A DNA stretch of 64,000 nucleotides, taken from assembly GCA_030390025.1 (NCBI GenBank), contig JASTWF010000104.1, forward strand, positions 310,001 to 374,000. Reading direction: 5' to 3'. This stretch comes from Squalus acanthias (taxonomy: Eukaryota). Position 1 is the stretch's first letter, and every line of letters begins with the position of its first letter. The notes beneath the pieces are model-generated. The model made no database searches and was not told the DNA's origin. It worked only from the letters and a program-made list of their open reading frames with translations. Shown one piece after another: positions 38,052 to 50,239 of the stretch. The translations under genes were made by a program, and so were the position numbers.

Positions 38052-38245
38052 TGTCCTAAGAATGAGCCTTACGCGTGGTGAACTTAAAGTAAGCTTTAAT
38101 CAACTAAAAAGGTGCTACATACAAAAGAGGTCTTACTCTATGCCTCTCCAGGATCCAACTGATCAGTCCAGTATTTATCCTGGACTAATCACAGGAAGTG
38201 ATGCAATAAAGTTCGAGTCACAGGAAGCTGTATTGTGTTACCACA
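38052..38245 (-). repeat. 5' LTR of the Gypsy element
   Basis: Direct repeat of 33805-33998. Confidence 0.97.
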
Positions 38246-41200
38246 GTCAGTCTGTACAGAGAGAGAGAGAACATTCTCAGTCAGTCTGTACAGAGAGAGA
38301 GAGAGAACATTCTCAGTCAGTCTGTACAGAGAGAGAGAGAGAGAGAACATTCTCAGTCAGTCTGTACAGAGAGAGAGAGAACATTCGCAGTCAGTCTGTA
38401 CAGAGAGAGAGAGAATATTCTCAGTCAGTCTGTACAGAGAGAGAGAACATTCGCAGTCAGTCTGTACAGAGAGAGAGAGAATATTCTCAGTCAGTCTGTA
38501 CAGAGAGAGAGAGAACATTCTCAGTCAGTCTGTACAGAGAGAGAGAGAGAGAACATTCTCAGTCAGTCTGTACAGAGAGAGAGAGAGAGAACATTCTCAG
38601 TCAGTCTGTACAGAGAGAGAGAGAGAGAGAACATTCTCAGTCAGTCTGTACAGAGAGAGAGAGAACATTCTCAGTCAGTCTGTACAGAGAGAGAGAGAGA
38701 GAGAGAACATTCTCAGTCAGTCTGTACAGAGAGAGCGACAACATTCTCAGTCAGTCTGTACAGAGAGAGAGAGAACATTCTCAGTCAGTCTGTGCAGAGA
38801 GAGAAAGAGAACATTCTCAGTCAGTCTGTACAGAGGAAGCGACAACATTCTCAGTCAGTCTGTACAGAGAGAGAGAACATTCTCAGTCAGTCTGTACAGA
38901 GAGAGCGAGAGAACATTCTCAGTCAGTCTGTACAGAGAGAGAGAGAGAGAACATTCTCAGTCAGTCGGTACAGAGAGAGAGAGAACATTCTCAGTCAGTC
39001 TGTACAGAGAGAGAGAACATTCTCAGTCAGTCTGTACAGAGAGAGAGAGAACATTCTCAGTCAGTCTGTACAGAGAGAGAGAGAGAGAGAGAGAGAACAT
39101 TCTCAGTCAGTCTGTACAGAGAGAGAGAGAACATTCTCAGTCAGTCTGTACAGAGAGAGAGAGAGAGAACATTCTCAGTCAGTCTGTACAGAGAGAGAGA
39201 GAGAACATTCTCAGTCAGTCTGTACAGAGAGAGAGAGAGAACATTCTCAGTCAGTCTGTACAGAGAGAGAGAGAACATTCTCAGTCAGTCTGTACAGAGA
39301 GAGAGAGAACATTCTCAGTCAGTCTGTACAGAGAGATAGAGAGAGAGAACATTCTCAGTCAGTCTGTACAGAGAGAGAGAGAACATTCTCAGTCAGTCTG
39401 TACAGAGAGAGAGAGAGAGAACATTCTCAGTCAGTCTGTACAGAGAGAGAGAGAACATTCTCAGTCAGTCTGTACAGAGAGAGAGAGAACATTCTCAGTC
39501 AGTCTGTACAGAGAGAGAGAGAACATTCTCAGTCAGTCTGTACAGAGAGAGAGAGAACATTCTCAGTCAGTCTGTACAGAGAGAGAGAGAACATTCTCAG
39601 TCAGTCTGTACAGAGAGAGAGAACATTCTCAGTCAGTCTGTACAGAGAGAGAGAGAACATTCTCAGTCAGTCTGTACAGAGAGAGAGAGAACATTCTCAG
39701 TCAGTCTGTACAGAGAGAGAGAGAACATTCTCAGTCAGTCTGTACAGAGAGAGAGAGAACATTCTCAGTCAGTCTGTACAGAGAGAGAGAGAACATTCTC
39801 AGTCAGTCTGTACAGAGAGAGAGAACATTCTCAGTCAGTCTGTACAGAGAGAGAGAGAACATTCTCAGTCAGTCTGTACAGAGAGAGAGAACATTCTCAG
39901 TCAGTCTGTACAGAGAGAGAGAGAACATTCTCAGTCAGTCTGTACGAGAGAGAGAGAACATTCTCAGTCAGTCTGTACAGAGAGAGAGAACATTCTCAGT
40001 CAGTCTGTACAGAGAGAGAGAGAGAACATTCTCAGTCAGTCTGTACAGAGAGAGAGAGAACATTCTCAGTCAGTCTGTACAGAGAGAGAGAGAACATTCT
40101 CAGTCAGTCTGTACAGAGAGAGAGAGAACATTCTCAGTCAGTCTGTACAGAGAGAGAGAGAACATTCTCAGTCAGTCTGTACAGAGAGAGAGAGAGAGAA
40201 CATTCTCAGTCAGTCTGTACAGAGAGAGAGAACATTCTCAGTCAGTCTGTACAGAGAGAGAGAACATTCTCAGTCAGTCTGTACAGAGAGAGAGAGAACA
40301 TTCTCAGTCAGTCTGTACAGAGGAGAGAGAGACATTCTCAGTCAGTCTGTACAGAGAGAGAGAGAGAACATTCTCAGTCAGTCTGTACAGAGAGAGAGAA
40401 CATTCTCAGTCAGTCTGTACAGAGAGAGAGAGAACATTCTCAGTCAGTCTGTACAGAGAGAGAGAGAACATTCTCAGTCAGTCTGTACAGAGAGAGAGAG
40501 AACATTCTCAGTCAGTCTGTACAGAGAGAGAGAACATTCTCAGTCAGTCTGTACAGAGAGAGAGAGAACATTCTCAGTCAGTCTGTACAGAGAGAGAGAG
40601 AGAACATTCTCAGTCAGTCTGTACAGAGAGAGAGAGAACATTCTCAGTCAGTCTGTACAGAGAGAGAGAGAACATTCTCAGCCAGTCTGTACAGAGAGAG
40701 AGAGAACATTCTCAGTCAGTCTGTACAGAGAGAGCGAGAACATTCTCAGTCAGTCTGTACAGAGAGAGAGAGAGAGAACATTCTCAGTCAGTCTGTACAG
40801 AGAGAGAGAGAACATTCTCAGTCAGTCTGTACAGAGAGAGAGAGAACATTCTCAGTCAGTCTGTACAGAGAGAGAGAACATTCTCAGTCAGTCTGTACAG
40901 AGAGAGAGAGAACATTCTCAGTCAGTCTGTACAGAGAGAGAGAACATTCTCAGTCAGTCTGTACAGAGAGAGAGAACATTCTCAGTCAGTCTGTACAGAG
41001 AGAGAGAGAGAGAACATTCTCAGTCAGTCTGTACAGAGAGAGAGAGAACATTCTCAGTCAGTCGGTACAGAGAGAGAGAGAACATTCTCAGTCAGTCTGT
41101 ACAGAGAGAGAGAGAACATTCTCAGTCAGTCTGTACAGAGAGAGAGCGAGAACATTCTCAGTCAGTCTGTAAGAGAGAGAGATAGAGAGAACATTCTCAG

Positions 41201-42147
41201 TCAGTCGGTACAGAGAGAGAGAGAGAACATTCTCAGTCAGTCTGTACAGAGAGAGAGAGAACATTCTCAGTCAGTCTGTACAGAGAGAGAGAGAGAGAAC
41301 ATTCTCAGTCAGTCTGTACAGAGAGAGAGAGAGAGAACATTCTCAGTCAGTCTGTACAGAGAGAGAGAGAACATTCTCAGTCAGTCTGTACAGAGAGAGA
41401 GAACATTCTCAGGCAGTCTGTACAGAGAGAGAACATTCTCAGTCAGTCTGTACAGAGAGAGAGAGAGAACATTCTCAGTCAGTCTGTACAGAGAGAGAGA
41501 GAGAGAACATTCTCAGTCAGTCTGTACAGAGAGAGAGAGAACATTCTCAGTCAGTCTGTACAGAGAGAGAGAGAGAGAGAACATTCTCAGTCAGTCTGTA
41601 CAGAGAGAGCGACAACATTCTCAGTCAGTCTGTACAGAGAGAGAGAGAACATTCTCAGTCAGTCTGCAGAGAGAGAGCGAGAACATTCTCAGTCAGTCTG
41701 CAGAGAGAGAGCGAGAACATTCTCAGTCAGTCTGTACAGAGAGAGAGAGAGAGAACATTCTCAGTCAGTCTGTACAGAGAGAGAGAGAACATTCTCAGTC
41801 AGTCTGTACAGAGAGAGAGAGAGAACATTCTCAGTCAGTCTGTACAGAGAGAGAGAGAACATTCTCAGTCAGTCTGTACAGAGAGAGAAAGAGAACATTC
41901 TCAGTCAGTCTGTACAGAGAGAGAGAGAGAGAACATTCTCAGTCAGTCTGTACAGAGAGAGAGAGAGAACATTCTCAGTCAGTCTGTACAGAGAGAGAAA
42001 GAGAACATTCTCAGTCAGTCTGTACAGAGAGAGAGAGAACATTCTCAGTCAGTCTGTACAGAGAGAGAGAGAACATTCTCAGTCAGTCTGTGCAGAAATG
42101 AGAAGTCGCACAACACCAGGTTATAGTCCAACAGATTTATTTAATTT

Positions 42148-42185
42148 TACAAGCTTTCGGAGCAGTTCGCTCCTTCGTCAGGTAA
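42148..42185 (-). ncRNA. Minimal hammerhead-ribozyme motif in the Penelope 3' terminal region
   Basis: Sense strand CCTGACGA-A-GGAGC-GAACT-GCTCC-GAAA-GCTTGT: CUGANGA box, 5-bp stem II, GAAA box and a palindromic AAGCTT stem III region. Confidence 0.75.
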
Positions 42186-42208
42186 GTTAGCAGTGAGAGA
42201 ATCTCCTA

Positions 42209-42914
42209 GGGGGAAAAATTCAGCTGCTTGCGCCTCCCGTTAGCGCCTTAAGAGGGCGCTAATGGGGCGTAAAGCAGCTAACGCCCGGGCGCAGCGCCGC
42301 CCACGCCTCCCGAAAAATTTAGTGGGAGGTTAGCGGCGGCGGCAGCCGGTAGCGCCCTGTGACGCTGCGCCGCCGGCGATGACGTCATCGCTGTGCGCAG
42401 CACCCCGCTCGCGCCCCGGCCGTGATCTTCAGTCGCGCCCCCTGATTTACCGCCAGACGCTATGTCCGACGGGTTCAGGGAGGCGTACGTGCGGCCGGGG
42501 CGGCGATATTTAAAGCGGAGGTGGCAGGCGGCCATTTTTGTTGCTGGCCGCCTGCCAGCACCTGCCCCCGGCCCCCGTGAAGCCCCCCCACCGTGAAGTG
42601 CCGGCTGCGCTCCAAGAGCCCGGCACTTCTCTTGAGTGCCGGGCTCTTTTGCCGGCACTCCCGATCCCTGGGGGCCCAGCTGGGCCCCGGTTCGTGCTGC
42701 GCAGGGTCCCTCCCCTTTAAGAAGGGGAGGAAGGCCTGCAATACCGCGGCACAACGTGCCGCAGCGCGTGGCGCTGCGGCACGTAGCGCCAGGATATTCA
42801 CTCGCAGCGCCCCAAGAGGGATGCGGGCTGCTTCCAGTCGCGCCCCATTTGGGGCGCTAACCTCGCCCCGGCGAGGTTAGCGCCCCAAATGGGGCGCGAC
42901 TCAATTTTTACCCC
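42209..42914. mobile_element. GC-rich MITE (PIF/Harbinger-like), family 2
   Basis: TIRs GGGGGAAAAATT / AATTTTTACCCC; 3-bp TSD CTA; many GCGC-rich palindromes; ends shared with 47263-48155. Confidence 0.85.
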
Positions 42915-45742
42915 CTAGAATTCACAATTTAAACACAGACAAAATATATTCAAATCTTTCCCTACATCAAAGAGCACAGCCAAGACAATGAGATGTGTCC
43001 CAGGGGGTCCAACGTGTCAAACCACCTGCTGGCTGCATCTCCTGTCAATCTGTGTAGGTTCTTGTGTTAGTCTTTTTAAAAAAAAACACCTGGGAAGACC
43101 GGCCATGATGTCAAGTCACGTTCTGTATCGTGACATGAACCCGATATCGCGATTGAGGCCATCCTCATGAGTGCGGAACTTGGCTATCAGTTTCTGCTCT
43201 ATGATTTTGCGCTGTCGTGTATCTCGAAGGCCGCCTTGGAGAACGCTTACCCGCATATCCGAGGCTGAATGCCCCTGGCTGCTGAAGTGTTCCCCGACTG
43301 GGAGGCAACCCTCCTGCCTGGCGATTGTTGCGCGGTGTCCGTTCATACGTTGTCTCAGTGTCTGCATGGTCTCGCCGATGTACCATGCTCTGGAGCATCC
43401 TTTACTGCAACGTATCAGGTAGACAACGTTGGCCGAGTCACATGAGTATGTACCATGTACCTGGTGGGTAGTGTCCTCACGTGTGATGATGGTATCTGTG
43501 TCCATGATTTGGCATGTCTTGCAGCGGTTGCCGTGGCAGGGTTGTGTGGTGTCTTGGTTGCTGTTCTCCTGAAAGATGGGTAATCTGCTGCGAACGATGG
43601 TACTTTTGAGGTTAGGCGGCTGCTTGAAGGCGAGTAGTGGAGGCGTGGGGATGGCCTTAGCAAGGTGTTCGTCGTCATCGATGACATGTTGAAGGCTGCG
43701 AAGAATATGGCGTAGTTTTTCCGCTCCGGGGAAGTACTGGACGACGTAGGGTACTCTGTTGGTTGTGTCCCGTGTTCGTCTTCTGAGGAGGTCTATGCGG
43801 TTTTTCGCTGTGGCCCGTCGGAACTGTCGATCGACGAGTCGAGCGTCATATCCCGTTCTTACGAGGGCGTCTTTCAGTGTCCATAGCGTTCCTCCTCGTC
43901 TGAGCAGATCCTGTGTATTCACAGGGCTTGTCCATAGGGGATGGCTTCTTTAACGTGGTTAGGGTGGAAGCTGGAGAAGTGGAGCATCGTGAGGTTGTCC
44001 GTGGGCTTGCGGTAGAGTGAAGTGCTGAGGCGTCCGTCTTTGATGGAGATTCGTGTGTCCAAGAATGAAACCGATTCTGAGGAGTAGTCCATGGTGAGTT
44101 TGATGGTGGGATGGAACCTGTTGATGCTATCATGTAGTCCTTTCAGTGATCCTTCGCCGTGGGTCCAAAGGAAGAAGATGTCGTCGATGTATCTGGTGTA
44201 CAGCGTTGGTTCGAGGTCCTGTGCAGCGAAGAAGTCTTGCTCGAACTTGTGCATGAAGATGTTGGCATATTGGGGTGCGAATTTGGTCCCCATGGCTGTT
44301 CCGTGTGTTTGGGTAAAAAAATGGTTGTCGAAGGTGAAGACATTGTGGTCAAGGATGAAGCGGATGAGTTGTAGGATGGCGTCCGGAGATTGGCTGTTGT
44401 TGGTGTTGAGTACTGAGGCTGTCGCAGCGATGCCGTCATTGTGGGGGATATTGGTGTAGAGTGCCGATACGTCCATTGTGACGAGGAGTGTTCCTGGTTC
44501 AACTGGTCCATGGGTGCTGAGTTTCTGCAAGAAGTCTGTAGTGTCGCGACAGAAGCTGGGGGTTCCCTGTACGATGGGTTTCTGTACAGAGAGAGAGAGA
44601 GAGGGAACATTCTCAGTCAGTCGGTACAGAGAGAGAGAGAGAGAGAACATTCTCAGTCAGTCTGTACAGAGAGAGAGAGAGAGGGAACATTCTCAGTCAG
44701 TCGGTACAGAGAGAGAGAGAGAGAGAACATTCTCAGTCAGTCTGTACAGAGAGAGAGAGAGAGAACATTCTCAGTCAGTCTGTACAGAGAGAGAGAGAGA
44801 GAGGGAACATTCTCAGTCAGTCTGTACAGAGAGAGAGAGAACATTCTCAGTCAGTCTGTACAGAGAGAGAGAGAGAGAGAACATTCTCAGTCAGTCTGTA
44901 AGAGAGAGAGAGAACATTCTCAGTCAGTCTGTACAGAGAGAGAGAACATTCTCAGTCAGTCCGTGCAGAGAGAGAGAGAGAACATTCTCAGTCAGTCTGT
45001 GCAGAGAGAGAGAGAGAACATTCTCAGTCAGTCTGTACAGAGAGAGAGAGAACATTCTCAGTCAGTCTGTAAGAGAGAGAGAGAGAGAACATTCTCAGTC
45101 AGTCTGTACAGAGAGAGAGAACATTCTCAGTCAGTCCGTGCAGAGAGAGAGAGAGAACATTCTCAGTCAGTCTGTGCAGAGAGAGAGAGAGAACATTCTC
45201 AGTCAGTCTGTACAGAGAGAGAGAGAACATTCTCAGTCAGTCCGTGCAGAGAGAGAGAGAGAACATTCTCAGTCAGTCCGTGCAGAGAGAGAGAGAGAAC
45301 ATTCTCAGTCAGTCTGTACAGAGAGAGAGAGAACATTCTCAGTCAGTCCGTGCAGAGAGAGAGAGAGAACATTCTCAGTCAGTCCGTGCAGAGAGAGAGA
45401 GAGAACATTCTCAGTCAGTCTGTACAGAGAGAGAGAGAACATTCTCAGTCAGTCTGTACAGGGTGAGTGTAAACAGTAAACACATGGATTGCAGATAGCC
45501 CCTCACCCCTCAGGCAGACTGTGGAATTGATCCTCTCACTATGTTAACCTGCGACGATATCAATCAACAACTGATGGCAATGAAAGTGACGACAAGATCT
45601 GGTAATAAAATACAACATTTCTGGCGATACAATCAACAAACCAACAATTGTTAACATTGGATTAAATAATGAAGAAGTATTTGAATGTACAAAAAGGCCT
45701 AAGGTGGGCAGCCCGTCCCAAGCTGGAGATCAGGGCGGTCGG

Positions 45743-46397
45743 AGGGGGGGCAGTGTGGGGTTGGGGGGGTGAGCGGGGCAGTGTGGGGGTGGTGGGGTGA
45801 GCGGGGCAGTGTGGGGGTGGGGGGGTGAGCGGGGCAGTGTGGGGGAGGGGGGGCAGTGTGGGGGTGGGGGGGTGAGCGGGGCAGTGTGGGGGTGGGGGGG
45901 TGAGCGGGTCAGTGTGGGGGTGGGGGGGTGAGCGGGTCAGTGTGGGGGTGGGGAGGGGGAGACCGGGGTAGTGTGGGGGTGGGGGGGCAGTGTGGGGGTG
46001 GGGGGGTGAGCGGGGCAGTGTGGGGGTGGGGGGTTGAGCGGGGCAGTGTGGAGGTGGGGGGGTGAGCGGGGCAGTGTGGGGGTGGGGGGGGCGAGACCGG
46101 GGCAGTGTGGGGGTGGGGGGGCAGTGTGGGGGTGGGGGTGTGAGCGGGGCAGTGTGGGGNNNNNNNNNNNNNNNNNNNNNNNNNNNNNNNNNNNNNNNNN
46201 NNNNNNNNNNNNNNNNNNNNNNNNNNNNNNNNNNNNNNNNNNNNNNNNNNNNNNNNNNNNNNNNNNNNNNNNNNNNNNNNNNNNNNNNNNNNNNNNNNNN
46301 NNNNNNNNNNNNNNNNNNNNNNNNNNNNNNNNNNNNNNNNNNNNNNNNNNNNNNNNNNNGCAGTGTGGGGGTGGGGGGGGACCGGGGCAGTGTGGGG
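45743..46397. repeat. G-run-rich minisatellite (GAGCGGGGCAGTGTGGGGGTGGGGGGGT-like) containing a 200-N gap (46160-46359)
   Basis: Tandem units of about 28 bp with runs of G4-G7. Confidence 0.93.
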
Positions 46398-46522
46398 TTG
46401 ACCAGGCAGTCAGTTCTCTGCAGGACCCTCTCCTCCCTCTGTGTCTCAGTCCAGTCTTGCTGTGGGAGTTCAGGAGTTGATGCTCAGGCTGGTTCTCCCG
46501 CACCATCAGGGGCCTGCGGAGA

Positions 46523-47170
<648 letters not shown>

Positions 47171-47262
47171 GAGACAGTCATCACAACCAGGGGACTACTG
47201 TACACACACTCAGAGCCAGACCGGGAGAGGCACCGAGCGTGGGAATAACGGGGAGACAGATA

Positions 47263-48155
47263 GGGGTAAAAATTCACTTGGTTGCGCCACCCGTTAGCGC
47301 CTTAAGAGGGCGCTAATGGGGCGCAAAGCCGCTAACGCCCGGGCGCAGCGATGTTTGCGCCGCTCGAGAACTTAACTTGAGATTGTGCGGCGGCGCTAAA
47401 ACTTACCGCTGCGATCACCTGCGCGCGCAGATTGTGACGTCATTCCATGGTGCAACGCCCTTGGGGCGCCCTGTAGCGGAAATTGAGTGGCGCCCCCTGC
47501 CTTACCGCCTGGCGCTTCCAACGACCAGAAGACTGGAACGCTATCAATCGCTGTGGGGCTGGGGGGGGCGCTATTTAAAGGGGGCCTCTTCCTGTCTTTT
47601 ATTGTTGGTGGCATTTTTGAACTACGCATTCTGAGAGAGAGAGGGAGAGACTTCTGGAGAGATTCAACGTTGTGTGAAGGAGTTTTGGGTACTGAGCAGC
47701 ACTTTGCAGGTTCATTTTGATTTGCCATTCCTTGTATCGATTTAGCAGAGACCGTGGGAGCTGCACTCTGAGCTCTTTGCCTGGTGCTCTCCATTGTTCT
47801 TTCCAGCACATTTGATGTGCAAGTCTCTCCAGGCCGAGATTCAAGGCAGCAATGAACAGGATGTGGATGGAAAGCAAGATTAACCATCCCCTTTAAGAAC
47901 TGGCCCGTGCCATTGTGTGTGTGTTCCATTGCTGACTGACATTACATGAGCTTCGCCAGCGCTCCGAGTTAGCGCCTCACTGCTCGGCCTTTGCGCCTTA
48001 AGAGAGGTGTGCAGCGCCTGCTTTAGCGCTCCACTCACCTCCCGGGGCGGTAAAAGTGAAGTTTCCCGTCAGTGCCGATAATTAGCGCCAGGCGCTAATA
48101 TCTGCGTCCGGACGATATTTGCGCCCCAAATGGGGCGCGACCTAATTTCTACCCC
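47263..48155. mobile_element. MITE family 2, second member (893 bp)
   Basis: TIRs GGGGTAAAAATT / AATTTCTACCCC; 3-bp TSD ATA; subterminal TTAGCGCCTTAAGAGGGCGCTAATGGGGCG shared with 42209-42914. Confidence 0.87.
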
Positions 48156-48180
48156 ATAGTGTCTGGGCCGCTCTCGCCAC

Positions 48181-49338
48181 GCCCGAGACTCTCTCTCCCC
48201 GCCCGAGACTCTCTCTCCCCGCCCGAGACTCTCCCTCCCCGCCCGAGACTCTCCCTCCCCGCCCGAGACTCTCCTCTCCCCGCCCGAGACTCTCCCTCCC
48301 CGCCCGAGACACTCTCTCCCCGCCCGAGACTCTCTCTCTCCCCGCCCGAGACTCTCTCTCTCCCCGCCCGAGACTCTCTCTCTCCCCGCCCGAGACTCTC
48401 TCTCTCCCCGCCCGAGACTCTCTCTCTCCCCGCCCGAGACTCTCTCTCTCCCCGCCCGAGAATCTCTCTCCCCGCCCGAGACTCTCTCTCTCCCCGCCCG
48501 AGACTCTCTCTCTCTCCCCGCCCGAGACTCTCTCTCTCTCCCCGCCCGAGACTCTCTCTCTCTCCCCGCCCGAGACTCTCTCTCTCTCCCCGCCCGAGAC
48601 TCTCTCTCTCTCCCCGCCCGAGACTCTCTCTCTCTCCCCGCCCGAGACTCTCTCTCTCCCCGCCCGAGACTCTCTCTCTCCCCGCCCGAGACTCTCTCTC
48701 TCCCCGCCCGAGACTCTCTCGCTCCCCGCCCGAGACTCTCTCTCTCCCCGCCCGAGACTCTCTCTCTCCCCGCCCGAGACTCTCTCTCTCCCCGCCCGAG
48801 ACTCTCTCTCCCCCCGCCCGAGCCGCTCTCTCCCCGTCCGAGACTCTCTCTCCCCGCCCGAGACTCTCTCTCCCCGCCCGAGACTCTCTCTCCCCGCCCG
48901 AGACTCTCTCTCCCCGCCCGAGCCGCTCTCTCCCCGCCCGAGCCGCTCTCTCTCCGCCCGAGCCGCTCTCTCCCCGCCCGAGACTCTCTCTCCCCGCCCG
49001 AGCCGCTCTCTCTCCGCCCGAGACTCTCTCTCCCCGCCCGAGCTGCTCTCTCTCCGCCCGAGACTCTCTCTCCCCGCCCGAGACTCTCTCTCCCCGCCCG
49101 AGACTCTCTCTTCCGCCCGAGACTCTCTCTCCCCGCCCGAGACTCTCTCTCCCCGCCCGAGACTCTCTCTCCCGCCCGAGACGCTCTCTCCCCGCCCGAG
49201 ACGCTCTCTCCCCGCCCGAGACGCTCTCTCCCCGCCCGAGACATTCTCTCCCCGCCCGAGACTCTCTCTCCCCGCCCGAGACTCTCTCTCCCCGCCCGAG
49301 ACTCTCTCCCCGCCCGAGCCGCTCTCTCCGCCCGAGCC
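48181..49338. repeat. Intronic minisatellite CCCCGCCCGAGA(CT)n, about 20-24 bp
   Basis: Tandem units visible directly. Confidence 0.95.
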
Positions 49339-49371
49339 GGTGCAGGGATCCCCTCCCTCTCAGGCCTGTAC

Positions 49372-49569
49372 CTGTATTTTACACTTGGCCTCCACCAGCT
49401 GCAGTTTGGTCTGTGCCAGCTCCAGCTCCATCTCCCTCAGCTGCCTCTTCAGCAGCTCCTTCTCCTCGTCCACGTCCTGGTGCGAGTGGTCCTGGCCGGG
49501 GTCCGGGAGCTGCAGCTCGCCGTCCTTTCTGAAGAGCTCACAGCACCGCTCGCACGACAGCACTTTGCC
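49372..49569 (-). CDS. RABGAP1L: RABGAP1L-like coding exon (198 bp)
   Basis: AG/GT, phase 0; GKVLSCERCCELFRKDG...DEEKELLKRQLREMELELAQTKLQLVEAKCKIQ. Confidence 0.92.
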
Positions 49570-49689
49570 CTGGGGATTGGAGAGAGATCACCCGGTCACA
49601 AGGCATGGACACAGGCCCAGGGCTTCCAGTGGCACAGATTAACCAGCAGAACAAACACCTTTCAGCCCTTCCACTCTCTCAGGGAACAG

Positions 49690-49970
49690 ATGAGGCTCAG
49701 AACAAGGGGGCATAACCGTAAAATTGGAACTAAGCTGTTCAGGGGTGATGTCAGGAAGCACTTCTTCAAACACAGGGGACTGGAAATCTGGAACTCGTTC
49801 TCCAAAGACCTGTTGAGGCTGCGGGTCAGTTGAAAATGTCTAAACTGGGATTGAAAGGTTTTTGTTGGGTAAGAGTATTAAGGGTTACAGAACCAAGGCG
49901 GGTCGATGGAGTTAAGACACAGATCAGCCCTGTTCTAATTGAATGGGGGAACAGGCTCGAGGGGCTGATT
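49690..49970 (+). mobile_element. CR1 LINE 3' fragment
   Basis: RTRGHNRKI...FRGDVRKHFF..LEIWNS tail peptide plus a CR1-type 3' UTR. Confidence 0.75.
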
Positions 49971-50239
49971 CAGATTCACTGTAAACTCTCAGCGACTGGA
50001 AAGGCTGCTCTAACTGCAGCATCGTGCTGGTGGTGCAGACCATTTTAAAAGTCGCAGCATACATTTTATTTCAGCTATTTCCATCCCCGTTTTCCCCCCT
50101 CTGCTAATAATTGGACCAATTGGTGCTTTAGCGCCCCCTATGGTACATCTACATCGGAACATCCCAAGCCCCACCGAAAGCCCTGCTTTCAACCCTTGAA
50201 CCAGCATTGCCCACGATAGCTGGAGCACTCCTCCTTAAA

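Larger units (their letters stand above)
33805..38245 (-). mobile_element. Full-length Ty3/Gypsy LTR retrotransposon (4441 bp)
   Basis: 194-bp LTRs at 33805-33998 and 38052-38245 (TG..CA, one mismatch); 5-bp TSD GTCAG; PPT; domain order gag-PR-RT-RH-IN. Confidence 0.97.
42099..44581 (-). mobile_element. 5'-truncated Penelope-like element (RT + GIY-YIG endonuclease), inactivated
   Basis: RT motifs MDVSALYTNI, GTAMG and RYIDDIF; endonuclease CDSANVVYLIRCSKGC..WYIGET..RQRMNGH..DGLNRD. A TGA at about 43919 and a frameshift near 43880 break the ORF; a MITE interrupts the 3' region. Confidence 0.93.
31152..45460. repeat. Minisatellite ACATTCTCAGTCAGTCTGTACA(GA)n (about 30-40 bp units), interrupted by Gypsy and Penelope insertions
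   Basis: Three blocks: about 31152-33804, 38246-42097 and 44581-45460. Confidence 0.98.

Noticed and set aside
31087-45498. Very long ORFs (up to 1288 aa) of ERENILSQSVQR / TFSVSLYRE repeats
   Set aside because: Translations of a nearly stop-free minisatellite, open in several frames with variable (GA)n lengths; no evidence of coding function.
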